From positions 106,308 through 170,307 of the forward strand of contig CAWEUN010000004.1 in assembly GCA_963812225.1 (NCBI GenBank): DNA of 64,000 nt, written 5' to 3'. Made by a program: the position numbers and the translations under genes. Positions 41,131 through 49,811 of this stretch are shown here, piece after piece. Below the pieces are notes generated by a model that saw only the letters and a program-made list of their open reading frames with translations, did no database searches and was not told the origin of the DNA. Positions within the stretch are counted from its first letter, which is position 1; the number at the start of each line of letters is the position of its first letter. Source of the DNA: an uncultured Solirubrobacterales bacterium (GTDB taxonomy: Bacteria > Actinomycetota > Thermoleophilia > Solirubrobacterales > Solirubrobacteraceae).

Positions 41131-41796
41131 TCATACGACCTTGATGAAGCCGTCCATGTAGCCGACGGTCTGCATCGGGCCGCCGAAGCCGGTGATGTAT
41201 CCGGCCGCGCACGGCACGAAGCACTGCCAGCGGTACAGGCCCTTGCCGGGCGTGCGGAACGTGAATGAGGTGACCGTGTGGTCGTTCGAGAGACTGCAGG
41301 GCGCGTTGCTGCAGGGGTTCTTGGCGGTGGCGGATACGCCCAGGAGCGGCACCGCCAGACCGATCTGCGGGATCGAAAAGACGTGCGAGGCGTTAGCGGC
41401 GACGATCGCCTGCGTCGTCCTACCGTTGAGCGTCATCACGCCGCCGACCGTTCCGGTGGCCTGGCCAAACCAGTTATTGCGCAGCGCTGAGGCGCTGTCG
41501 TAGTTGAAGATCGTCACGTGGACGAGCGTGTTCGCCGGCAGCACGTACGTCGTCTTGTGCTGCCAGTTCTGCGCGTTGGCGTCGACCGCGTAATACGAGA
41601 CCCAGGTCGGGTGCGAATCGTTCAGCGCCGCGGCCGGCACGGTCGCCAGGTACAGCTGCGCCCCAGTGGGCGTCTGCGTAGCCGCCACCGAGCCGGGCAC
41701 GTTGACCAGGTACAGGCCGATATAGAGCCCGATCACGACGCAAACGATTGCCGTCGCGATGGTGATTCCGACAATCCTCTTGCCAGCTCCACTCAT
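41131..41796 (-). CDS. Membrane-anchored cupredoxin-fold protein with atypical ligand set
   Basis: N-terminal TM; LPANTLVHVTIFNYD, SHVFSIP, FTFRTPGKGLYRWQCFVPC...PMQTVGYM. Confidence 0.7.
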   Translation of the reverse strand: MSGAGKRIVGITIATAIVCVVIGLYIGLYLVNVPGSVAATQTPTGAQLYLATVPAAALNDSHPTWVSYYAVDANAQNWQHKTTYVLPANTLVHVTIFNYDSASALRNNWFGQATGTVGGVMTLNGRTTQAIVAANASHVFSIPQIGLAVPLLGVSATAKNPCSNAPCSLSNDHTVTSFTFRTPGKGLYRWQCFVPCAAGYITGFGGPMQTVGYMDGFIKVV

Positions 41797-41821
41797 CCTC
41801 GCTCCGTCCTCTCGGCGCGGT

Positions 41822-41881
41822 GTTATACCTCGCGCAGCGGCGGTAGCGGCGCAGATGACGGCGATGTCATCAACCTGTCAT
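41822..41881 (-). promoter_or_regulatory. Promoter (-10 TATAAC) with ATGAC-N6-GTCAT-N6-GTCAT operator upstream of the oxidase operon
   Basis: GTTATA at 41822-41827; ATGACGGCGATGTCATCAACCTGTCAT at 41855-41881. Confidence 0.65.
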
Positions 41882-42020
41882 GTGCAGGTCATCTCCCGAG
41901 AGATGAAGTCCGACCTCGACGTCTGCCCGTGGGCTCGAGCCGAAAGGGATGGCAAGTGCCGTCGATGACGAGTCGCGCGCTCGCGCGCTCACCGGAACCG
42001 CTCTAGCCGGGTGCTGGTGC

Positions 42021-42407
42021 TCAGAAGCTGCGCGAGACCGCCTGCACGACGGTCGCCGTGTCTGAGACATCCTCACCGAACGCCTGATAGCAGCCGGCGT
42101 TGATCGCGTTGAGTACGCCCCCCGGTGCAGGCCCCCAGCGTGGTGAGACCGGCCCGTGCTCCCTCACGTACAGCCTCGCGTAGGCGTCCTGTCCGGCCAC
42201 GTTGGTCGAGCCCCACTGCGCGCACGTGGTGCTATCGGTCACGGCGCCGCCCTTCGGACCAAGCGCGATCAGCACGAAAATTGCGACCGTGACGGCGCAG
42301 AGAGCTGCGATGACGAGTGAAGCCGCCTTGTGTGAGGCGATCAGGCCCCGGATGGTCAACGGCGCGCTGTTCGAAGCCGTCTGTGTCGCCCAAGGACTGG
42401 TGGTCAC
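42021..42407 (-). CDS. Small exported/membrane-anchored protein with two Cys
   Basis: TM segment then VTDSTTCAQW...NAGCYQAF; GAGGA RBS; GTG start inferred. Confidence 0.6.
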   Translation of the reverse strand: MTTSPWATQTASNSAPLTIRGLIASHKAASLVIAALCAVTVAIFVLIALGPKGGAVTDSTTCAQWGSTNVAGQDAYARLYVREHGPVSPRWGPAPGGVLNAINAGCYQAFGEDVSDTATVVQAVSRSF

Positions 42408-42582
42408 GATGAGAACACGTTCCTCTATTTGCTGCCGATCCGGGGGCGCCGATCGTGCAACGGCGACGGCCCGGACCGCCTGCCTTGCGAGCGGCCCGGA
42501 CTTATAGCCCATCTGTCCCCAGACCGTCAAGGCGAGAGCGTCCAGGGCCCGCTCCAGAGGCTGGCGCAAGCCGTGGGGTCGT

Positions 42583-42662
42583 GTTATAGCTTTCCGGGCG
42601 AGAGGACGGACTAAATGACAGCGATGTCATTTAGCGGTCATTTACACGTCAACTTTTATAGT
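42583..42662. promoter_or_regulatory. Divergent promoter region with palindromic operator CTAAATGACA-GCGA-TGTCATTTAG
   Basis: Palindrome 42611-42634 plus a third half-site GTCAT 42637-42641; -10 boxes at 42583-42588 (minus strand) and 42657-42662 (plus strand). Confidence 0.7.
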
Positions 42663-42694
42663 GTCGACGCAAACGTGGGGGCTCGAAAGAGCAC

Positions 42695-43354
42695 ATGCGT
42701 ATTTTGGTTGTCGAGGATGAGGCCCGAATCCGGGCATTTCTAGGCCGTGCGTTCGAGGCAGAGGGATTCGGCGTGGATGTTGTCGGCGACGGCGAGCTGG
42801 GGCTCGCGCGTGCTCTTACCGGTCAGTACGACCTAGTGATCCTCGACCTGATGCTGCCTGGCCGCAGTGGCCTCGACGCCCTGCGAGAGATCCATCGCGA
42901 AAAGCCGGATCTCCCGGTGCTGATCCTGTCGGCGCGCAGCGACCTTCCTATCAAGCTGCAGGGCTTCGAACTCGGTGCTGTCGATTACGTCGCCAAACCG
43001 TTTTCGCTCGACGAGCTACTGGCGCGCGCCCGGGTCCAGCTCCGCCGCGCGCGCGTGGCCGATGACGGAACGGTGATCCGCGTCGGCAGCCTGGTGCTCG
43101 ATCTAGCTCGGCGCCAGGCCCAGGTCGGCGACAAGGTCGCCGACCTGTCCGACCGTGAGTTCCGCCTGCTGCACTTTCTGATGCAGCACGTCGGACAGGT
43201 GGTAAGCCGGGAGCGTCTGCTCGCAGAGGTTTGGGGGTACGACTTCGATCCGAGATCGAACGTCGTTGACGTGTGCGTCCGGCGGCTGCGGCGGCGGTTG
43301 GGGCCGGAGGCGCATATCGAGACGGTGCGCAATGCGGGCTATCGCGCTGCGTGA
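42695..43354 (+). CDS. OmpR-family response regulator
   Basis: VVEDE, LDLMLP, KPF, SNVVDVCVRRLR. Confidence 0.94.
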   Translation: MRILVVEDEARIRAFLGRAFEAEGFGVDVVGDGELGLARALTGQYDLVILDLMLPGRSGLDALREIHREKPDLPVLILSARSDLPIKLQGFELGAVDYVAKPFSLDELLARARVQLRRARVADDGTVIRVGSLVLDLARRQAQVGDKVADLSDREFRLLHFLMQHVGQVVSRERLLAEVWGYDFDPRSNVVDVCVRRLRRRLGPEAHIETVRNAGYRAA

Positions 43355-44507
43355 GCTTCCGGAGATCGCGCGGCCGCGTGCTGACCTTCGGGCTCTGATA
43401 CCGCGGTACCGCATAGAGCTGCTATGGGTCGCGTTCGCGGCGTGCAACTACGCGGCAATGCTCGCGTGGCCGAGCTGGGAGACGATCCCGTTCCACTTCG
43501 TCTGGATCAGCCTCACAGTGCTCTACGGCTTTCGGGTTTGGCCGCTCGGTGCGACCTTGATCGTGCTCGCGGTCGTCATGACGCTGACAGCGGTGTCGAT
43601 CGGCTTCGACGCCTTCCGTGGCATTCAGCTATGGGGTGAGCTGTTCGAGGTTCCGCTCATGGCCGCGATGTTCCTGGCTATGGTCTGGCACGCGCGACGG
43701 CGCGTTGACGCACTGCAGATCGCCGAGCAGCGCTCCGAGCAGCAGCGATCGCTGCTCGAGCGCCAGGAGCGCTTCATCCACGACGCGTCGCACGAGCTGC
43801 GGACCCCGGTCACGATCGCGCGTGGCCATCTCGAGCTCGTGTCCGTGCGCGGCGGCGACGCCGCGGAACTCGACGTTGCGCTCGACGAGCTGGGGCGGAT
43901 CGACGCGATCGTCAGCCGGCTGCTGGTGCTCGCGACCGCCGATCAGGCGAACTTTCTGCATCTCGAGGAGATCGAGGTCGAGCCCTTCCTTGAGGACGTA
44001 TTCATGCGCTGGTCGGAGGTGGCTCCGCGAGCCTGGCGCCTGGGCCCACTGGCCGCTGGCCGCCTTCGCGTCGATCCCGAACGGCTTCGCACCGCGCTCG
44101 ACGCGCTGCTCGAGAATGCGGTGAAGTACACGCCCGAGCACGCGGCGATCGAGCTGCGCGCCCGCTGCGAGGGCACGTGGCAACTCGCGATCGAGGTCGA
44201 GGACGAGGGCGCCGGCGTGCCCGACGAGGCCCTGCACCGAATCTTTGACCGCTTCGCGCGGGCCGACGCGGCGCGGACGCGCACCGCCGGCGGCGTCGGC
44301 CTGGGGCTGGCGATCGTCGACGCCATCGCCAAGGGGCACGGTGGCCGCTGCACGGTCGAGAACACCGGACGCGGGTCGATCTTCGCGCTCCACCTGCCCT
44401 GCTTCGCGCCGGCGGAGGCGCTGCCGCCGCGGACGTGCGCGCCCGGGAGGGAGGCGCCGGCGGGTGCCGGACGCCCGAGCGCCTCGGTAACTGATTGGAC
44501 GGGTTAG
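43332..44507 (+). CDS. Intramembrane-sensing histidine kinase
   Basis: About 4 short TM helices, DASHELRTP, ENAVKY, DEGAG, GVGLGL; no large extracellular loop. Confidence 0.9.
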   Translation: MRAIALRELPEIARPRADLRALIPRYRIELLWVAFAACNYAAMLAWPSWETIPFHFVWISLTVLYGFRVWPLGATLIVLAVVMTLTAVSIGFDAFRGIQLWGELFEVPLMAAMFLAMVWHARRRVDALQIAEQRSEQQRSLLERQERFIHDASHELRTPVTIARGHLELVSVRGGDAAELDVALDELGRIDAIVSRLLVLATADQANFLHLEEIEVEPFLEDVFMRWSEVAPRAWRLGPLAAGRLRVDPERLRTALDALLENAVKYTPEHAAIELRARCEGTWQLAIEVEDEGAGVPDEALHRIFDRFARADAARTRTAGGVGLGLAIVDAIAKGHGGRCTVENTGRGSIFALHLPCFAPAEALPPRTCAPGREAPAGAGRPSASVTDWTG

Positions 44508-44875
44508 GGGTGCGCGTTCGCGCGCCTTACTTGGTTTGGCCTTCGCGCCCGGTTCGGTCGTCTGTCGAGGGCCGTCGGCCCGGTAAACGGCGCTGGGGAA
44601 GGGGGCAGTCAGAGCGGCTTTCGGGTCCGATCAGGAGCTCCGGATGATGCACAGCACGACAACACCGGCGCGAATCCCGAGCCCTGTCGGATTGAGCACA
44701 CTCTTCATGCATAGGTCGACAGGGCTCGCCATCCCGGGCGAGGTTGTCGCGTTATGCATCATGAAGGACCGCGATCGCGCGCCGATCGCGCCTCCCCTTC
44801 CCCAGCGCCGTTTACCGGGCCGCCGCCGACCCAAGCCGCGGGCGCTGAAAGCGCCGGCGGGCCGAGAGTCCACAG
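44495..44875. repeat. Composite nested inverted-repeat element, copy C
   Basis: Perfect 28-bp IR at 44577-44604 and 44794-44821; hairpin 44644-44762; GAAA hairpin 44835-44871. Confidence 0.88.
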
Positions 44876-44909
44876 CCCACGCCCGGACCCAAGGCGCCGG
44901 CGACCGCCC

Positions 44910-45434
44910 CTACTCGCCGGTGCGCTCCAGCGCCTCGACGTCGATCTGGCCGGCGTGGCGCTGGCCGCCGGCGAAGACGGTCGGGGTCGTCACGACCCCT
45001 GCGCGCACGCCGGAGGTGAAGTCGCGCTTGACCCGACTCCGCACCTCGTCGCTGCGGCGGTCGGCGTCGAAGCGTTCGAGGTCGAGGCCGAGCGCGCGCG
45101 CCCGCTCCCAGAGGTGCGGATCCTCCAGTCGGCCCTGATCGGCGAACAGCGAGTCGTGCATCTCCCAGAAGCGACCCTGAAGCCCGGCCGCCTCGGCGGC
45201 GCAGGCGGCGGCCCAGGCTCGCGGATGACTCGAGCGGACGGGAAAGTGGCGGAACAGCCTGCGCAGCTGCCGGCCGTCGAGCCGCAGGCTCAGGGCCGCG
45301 CAGTACGGGCACTCGAAGTCGGCGTACTCGATCACGAGCGGGCTATCGCCGAGACCGCGGATGTGATCGTCGGCGCCGGCCGGGGGCACGGGAGCCGAGC
45401 GAAGATCGCCAACAGGGCGCCTCGGGCCGCCCAT
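44910..45434 (-). CDS. DsbA-family thioredoxin-fold protein
   Basis: EYADFECPYC, RHFP, FWEMHD, GVVTTPT. Confidence 0.9.
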   Translation of the reverse strand: MGGPRRPVGDLRSAPVPPAGADDHIRGLGDSPLVIEYADFECPYCAALSLRLDGRQLRRLFRHFPVRSSHPRAWAAACAAEAAGLQGRFWEMHDSLFADQGRLEDPHLWERARALGLDLERFDADRRSDEVRSRVKRDFTSGVRAGVVTTPTVFAGGQRHAGQIDVEALERTGE

Positions 45435-45457
45435 CGCCACATCCGGCCGCAGGGGCG

Positions 45458-45934
45458 TCAGGCCCCCAGGCCGTCGAAGATCAGGTTCGCCCCGGGAAGA
45501 TCGCCGGGCGATGGTGCCTGATAGCTCCACTTCACGACCCCATCCGGGCCGATGATCACCAGCGCGCGCTGCGGGAACCCGCCGGGGTGATAGACGCCGA
45601 AGGCGCGACACGTCGCGCCCTTGGGCTCGAAGTCGGACAGCTGCTCGATCGTCACCCCGAGCTTCTCCCGGAACGCGGTCTGAGACCAGGAGGCGTCGCA
45701 GGACACGCCGTACAGCGTGGCGCCCCGCGAGGCGAAGTCGTCCAGCACCTCCTGATAGAGGTTCAGCTGATCGGTGCAGACCGGGCTGAACGCGAACGGG
45801 TAGAACACGAGGACCGTGGTCGTTCCCTGGAGGTCGGCCTGGGTGAACTCCGCGCCGTCCTCGCGCCGCAGCGTGAACTCGGGGACCGGGGTCCCTGGCT
45901 CGAGGATGCTCGGTGCCTGCTCGGCCGTGCTCAC
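45458..45934 (-). CDS. AhpE/BCP-like peroxiredoxin
   Basis: [10 protein letters not shown] (PxxxT/SxxC), LSDF, RALVII. Confidence 0.88.
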   Translation of the reverse strand: MSTAEQAPSILEPGTPVPEFTLRREDGAEFTQADLQGTTTVLVFYPFAFSPVCTDQLNLYQEVLDDFASRGATLYGVSCDASWSQTAFREKLGVTIEQLSDFEPKGATCRAFGVYHPGGFPQRALVIIGPDGVVKWSYQAPSPGDLPGANLIFDGLGA

Positions 45935-46200
45935 CGGCGCAGGCCGAGCTCGCGGATCAGCGCGCGGTAGCGCTCCAGATCGGCTCGCTGCAGGTACTTG
46001 AGGAATCTGCGGCGGCGTCCCACGAGCATCAGCAGGCCACGACGTGAGTGGTGGTCCTTTCGGTGGGCACGCAGATGATCGGTCAGCCCGTTGATCCGCT
46101 CGGTCAGCAGCGCGATCTGGACCTCGGCCTTGCCGGTGTCAGAAGCGCCATCGCCGAACTTCTCGACGAGCTCTTGCTTACGTTCCTTGGTCAGCGCCAT
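45931..46200 (-). CDS. rpsO: 30S ribosomal protein S15
   Basis: [25 protein letters not shown]. Confidence 0.98.
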   Translation of the reverse strand: MALTKERKQELVEKFGDGASDTGKAEVQIALLTERINGLTDHLRAHRKDHHSRRGLLMLVGRRRRFLKYLQRADLERYRALIRELGLRR

Positions 46201-46238
46201 GCGGCCGATGAGGCTAGCAGAGCCCGTAGCAGAGCCCG

Positions 46239-47114
46239 TTAGCGGAGCCCGTCGCACAGCTCGCGCGTGCGGGCGACATCGTGGTGCATCTGCTCGACGA
46301 GCGCCTCGACCGTGTCGAATCTGCGCTCGCCGCGTATCCGGCTCAGGAAGTCGACCCGGAGCGTCTGACCGTAGAGGTCGACGTCGCGGTCGAGCAGGTA
46401 CGTCTCGATCAGGACCGCGCGGCCGGTGCCGAACGTTGGGCGCACGCCCACGCTCACGGCGGCGCACGACCCGTCGGCGCGAGCCACGTAGACGCCGTGC
46501 CCGGGACAGACAAGCGATTCGTCGGGGACCATGTTCGCGGTCGGAAAGCCCAGCTCGCGGCCCCGGCGGTCGCCCACAACGACCTCGCCACGGACCTGGA
46601 ACGGAGCGCCGAGGAATCGGGCGGCGAGCTCAACCTCCCCGGCGAGCACGAGTCCGCGGATGTGGCTCGAGGAGACGATCTCGCCGTCGACCTCGACCAG
46701 CGGGACGATCCGCGTCTCGAACCGCGGATCGGCCGCGAGCAAGGCGGGATCGCCCGCGGCCCGGTGCCCGAAGCGGAAGTTCTCTCCCACCGACACTCGG
46801 GTCGCGCCCAACCGCTCGACGAGCACGTGGTCGATGAACTCCTCGGGCCCCTGCGCGGCGAAGCCCTCGTCGAACGGGATCACGACGAGCTCTTCGACGC
46901 CGAGGTCGGCGATCAGCTCGGCCTTCACGTCGAGGCTGGTGAGCAGCTTCGGCGCCGCCTCGGGCCGTACCACGCGGAGCGGGTGGGGCTCGAACGTGAG
47001 CACGGTGTCGTTGCCGGCGATGACCTCGCGGTGGCCGAGGTGGACGCCGTCGAACTCGCCCACCGCGACCCGGCGTGGGCGCGGTTCGACATCCATGAGC
47101 TTCGTGAGCTGCAT
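46239..47114 (-). CDS. ribF: Riboflavin kinase/FAD synthetase
   Basis: [31 protein letters not shown]. Confidence 0.96.
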   Translation of the reverse strand: MQLTKLMDVEPRPRRVAVGEFDGVHLGHREVIAGNDTVLTFEPHPLRVVRPEAAPKLLTSLDVKAELIADLGVEELVVIPFDEGFAAQGPEEFIDHVLVERLGATRVSVGENFRFGHRAAGDPALLAADPRFETRIVPLVEVDGEIVSSSHIRGLVLAGEVELAARFLGAPFQVRGEVVVGDRRGRELGFPTANMVPDESLVCPGHGVYVARADGSCAAVSVGVRPTFGTGRAVLIETYLLDRDVDLYGQTLRVDFLSRIRGERRFDTVEALVEQMHHDVARTRELCDGLR

Positions 47115-47127
47115 TCGGCGGCGAAGC

Positions 47128-47937
47128 CTAGCCTTCGCGCAGTCCGACGACCGGCCGAAGCATCCCGTCCCCGATCGGCTCGGCGACGGCGATCAGGCCG
47201 AGCTCGTCGGTCAACCGGACTGCGCCGGAAGCGACGCCCGGGACCGCCGCGCCATGTCCCGCGCGCCGCGCGTCCTCGGAGCCGAGCCGAACCTCGGGCA
47301 TGAAGTCCAGCGCTTCGTCGAGCCCAAGCACACGCTTCGGGTCGGCGTTCTCCACGTCGAACGATCCGATCCGCAGGCGGCGCAGCCGTTCGCAGTATGC
47401 GTCGCCGAGCTCGCTGATCAGCGTGCGGACGTAGGTCCCCGAGGAGCACTCGATCAGGAACCTGCGCGTGTCTCCGCGGCGCTCGAGCTCGTCGAACCGA
47501 TACACCTCGACCTCACGTTCGGGCAGGTCGACCTCGATTCCGGCGCGCGCGAGCGCGTACGCGCGCCGGCCACCGAGCTTGATCGCGGAGTAGGCCGGCG
47601 GCCGCTGCATGATCACGCCCGTCGGCAACGTCAGATCGCCGGTGGGGACGACCCCCGTCTCCACAATGTCTCCCTCGGGATCGCCCGTGCTCGACACGGC
47701 CCCGAACCGCGCCGTCGCCTCATACGTCTTAGGCAACGCCATCAGGAACCTCTGGACCCGGGTCGCCCGCCCCACCAGCACCAGGAGGAGCCCTGTGGCG
47801 AACGGATCGAGCGTCCCGGCGTGGCCGACCTTGACCCCGCGGCCGAGCCGGCGGCGGACGCCGGCGACGACGTCGTGCGAGGTGACGCCGGCCGGCTTGT
47901 CGTAGACGATGACGCCCGGGGCGTCCACGGCGTCCAC
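47128..47937 (-). CDS. truB: tRNA pseudouridine(55) synthase
   Basis: KPAGVTSHD, GHAGTLDP, CSSGTYVR. Confidence 0.96.
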   Translation of the reverse strand: MDAVDAPGVIVYDKPAGVTSHDVVAGVRRRLGRGVKVGHAGTLDPFATGLLLVLVGRATRVQRFLMALPKTYEATARFGAVSSTGDPEGDIVETGVVPTGDLTLPTGVIMQRPPAYSAIKLGGRRAYALARAGIEVDLPEREVEVYRFDELERRGDTRRFLIECSSGTYVRTLISELGDAYCERLRRLRIGSFDVENADPKRVLGLDEALDFMPEVRLGSEDARRAGHGAAVPGVASGAVRLTDELGLIAVAEPIGDGMLRPVVGLREG

Positions 47938-48103
47938 GGCTAGTGTGCCGTCCGGTGGTTAGGGTGCATGGAGCGCGAGGTCCGGGGGCCGCCAGGCAAG
48001 GACGCAGAAACCGACGCGCAGCGGCGCTGCGCGAGGTTTCGAGGACGCAGCATGGCGGTCATCCGGAGCCGCGATACATGTGCCCTGATCGCCGGACGGT
48101 GCA

Positions 48104-49111
48104 CTACACGGCCGCGAGCTGCTCCGCGACCTCCTCGCGCAGGAACGCCACGAGCTCATCCCAATTCATCGCCGTGCTGAAGCCGGCCGCCTGCCGGTGG
48201 CCCCCGCCGCCCTGCTCACGAGCGATTCTGGAGACGTCGACGCGCTCGTCGCTGGCCCTCAGCGAAACCTTCCGCGGCCGGCCGCCGTCGGTGTCGCCCA
48301 TCCGATCGCGGACGAGCGCCGCGACCGCCGTCCCCTGAATGGAGCGCAGGTAGTCGATCACGCCTTCGGAGTAGCTCTCCTCCGCCCCGGCCTCCGTGAA
48401 GTCCTGGGTGCTGAGCGCCGTTACCGTCAGCCGTCCGTCGTCGAAGCGATGGATGTTCGCCAGCCCGCGCGCGAGCAATGCCAGCTTGCCGTACGGCACG
48501 TCCTCGTAAACGCACCGGTAGATCCCGTGCACGTCGATCCCCGCCTCGATCAGGTCCGCCGCCATCAGGTGCGCCCGGACGCCGGTGTTCTCGTACATGA
48601 ACCGGCCCGTGTCGGTGATCAGGCCTACGTACAGCGCCTCGGCGGTCGTGAGCGACGGTGTCACGTCGAGGCCGTGCATCAGATCCCAAACGATCTCGGC
48701 CGTGGAGGAAGCCTCCGGGACGACGAGGTTGACCGTGCCGAACCGCGTGTTGTCGTGGTGGTGGTCGATGTTCAGGATGTGGGCGCCGGGTCGTTGGAAC
48801 GCCTCTGCCGGGTTGCGGTCGAGGCTGCCGCAGTCGAGGAACACGATCGTCCGCTGATCGAGGTCCTCCGGGGGCGCGCTGACCAACCCGTCAAGGGGGA
48901 AGAAGCGGTACTCGTGGGGCAGCGGAAACTCGCCGGCGTCCATGAACATCACGCACTCCTTGCCTAGTGCGGTGAGGATTCCCTGCATCGCGATCAGCGA
49001 CCCGAGCGCGTCGCCGTCCGGGTTCTCGTGCGTGACCACGATCAGCTTCTCGGCCCTGCGCAGCTCGTCGAGGACCTCGGAGCGCGCCGCGCGGTCGCCG
49101 TTCTCAGCCAT
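48104..49111 (-). CDS. nrnA: DHH-family oligoribonuclease/PAP phosphatase
   Basis: HENPDGD, IDHH, DTGRF, GGGGHRQAAG. Confidence 0.92.
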   Translation of the reverse strand: MAENGDRAARSEVLDELRRAEKLIVVTHENPDGDALGSLIAMQGILTALGKECVMFMDAGEFPLPHEYRFFPLDGLVSAPPEDLDQRTIVFLDCGSLDRNPAEAFQRPGAHILNIDHHHDNTRFGTVNLVVPEASSTAEIVWDLMHGLDVTPSLTTAEALYVGLITDTGRFMYENTGVRAHLMAADLIEAGIDVHGIYRCVYEDVPYGKLALLARGLANIHRFDDGRLTVTALSTQDFTEAGAEESYSEGVIDYLRSIQGTAVAALVRDRMGDTDGGRPRKVSLRASDERVDVSRIAREQGGGGHRQAAGFSTAMNWDELVAFLREEVAEQLAAV

Positions 49112-49463
49112 CGTCGACCTCCCCGCGGTCGATGTCGTGGAGCAGCTCGGTGATGCGCATCCCGCGATCGACGGATTCGTCGTACTCGAAGGTCAGCGTC
49201 GGAGTGTGCCTGAGCGTCAGCTCGGAGGCGAGCACGCCCTGGAGGAACCCGTGCGCCGATCGCAGCCCTTCGAGGGTGTCCGCGCGCGTACGCTCGTCCC
49301 CGAGCACGCTTACATACACGCGCGCGTGGCGTAGATCGGGGCTTGTCTTGACTCCAGTCACGGTCACGAATCCCACGCGTGGATCCTGGAGATCCTTGGC
49401 GATGGCGTCGCTGAGGACAGCCCTGACCGCCTCGTCGACGCGCCGCATGCGTCCGGGCGCCAT
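49104..49463 (-). CDS. rbfA: Ribosome-binding factor A
   Basis: DPRVGFVTVT, SPDLRHARVY, TPTLTFEYD. Confidence 0.96.
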   Translation of the reverse strand: MAPGRMRRVDEAVRAVLSDAIAKDLQDPRVGFVTVTGVKTSPDLRHARVYVSVLGDERTRADTLEGLRSAHGFLQGVLASELTLRHTPTLTFEYDESVDRGMRITELLHDIDRGEVDDG

Positions 49464-49464
49464 C

Positions 49465-49806
49465 CTATCCCTCCGCGCCGGATCGTGAGAACACGTCGTG
49501 GAGATCGTCCACGGAGGCGATAACGCGCTCGACCCACACGCCATCCGGGCAGCGTCCGTCGAGCCAGCGCTCGACTCTGGCGACCGCCGAGGACAGCGCC
49601 GCGAGCGAGCCGCCCGTCAGCGCAGCGGTCAGCGTCGCCCGCTGCCACAGATCCGCGTGGTCGGTCTCCGAGACGGCGACGCCGAGTCGTCCGTGTAGCT
49701 GCGCCTTGATTGATGAGAGCTCCTTCCGCTTGCTCTTGAGGCTTCCAGCCTCGGGAAAGTGAAGATGGATCACGAGCACGGCTACATAGCCGCTCTCGGA
49801 AGACAT
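49465..49806 (-). CDS. DUF503 (YlxP) protein
   Basis: SLKSKR, VAVSE..DLWQR; located between infB and rbfA. Confidence 0.88.
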   Translation of the reverse strand: MSSESGYVAVLVIHLHFPEAGSLKSKRKELSSIKAQLHGRLGVAVSETDHADLWQRATLTAALTGGSLAALSSAVARVERWLDGRCPDGVWVERVIASVDDLHDVFSRSGAEG

Positions 49807-49811
49807 CGCCT

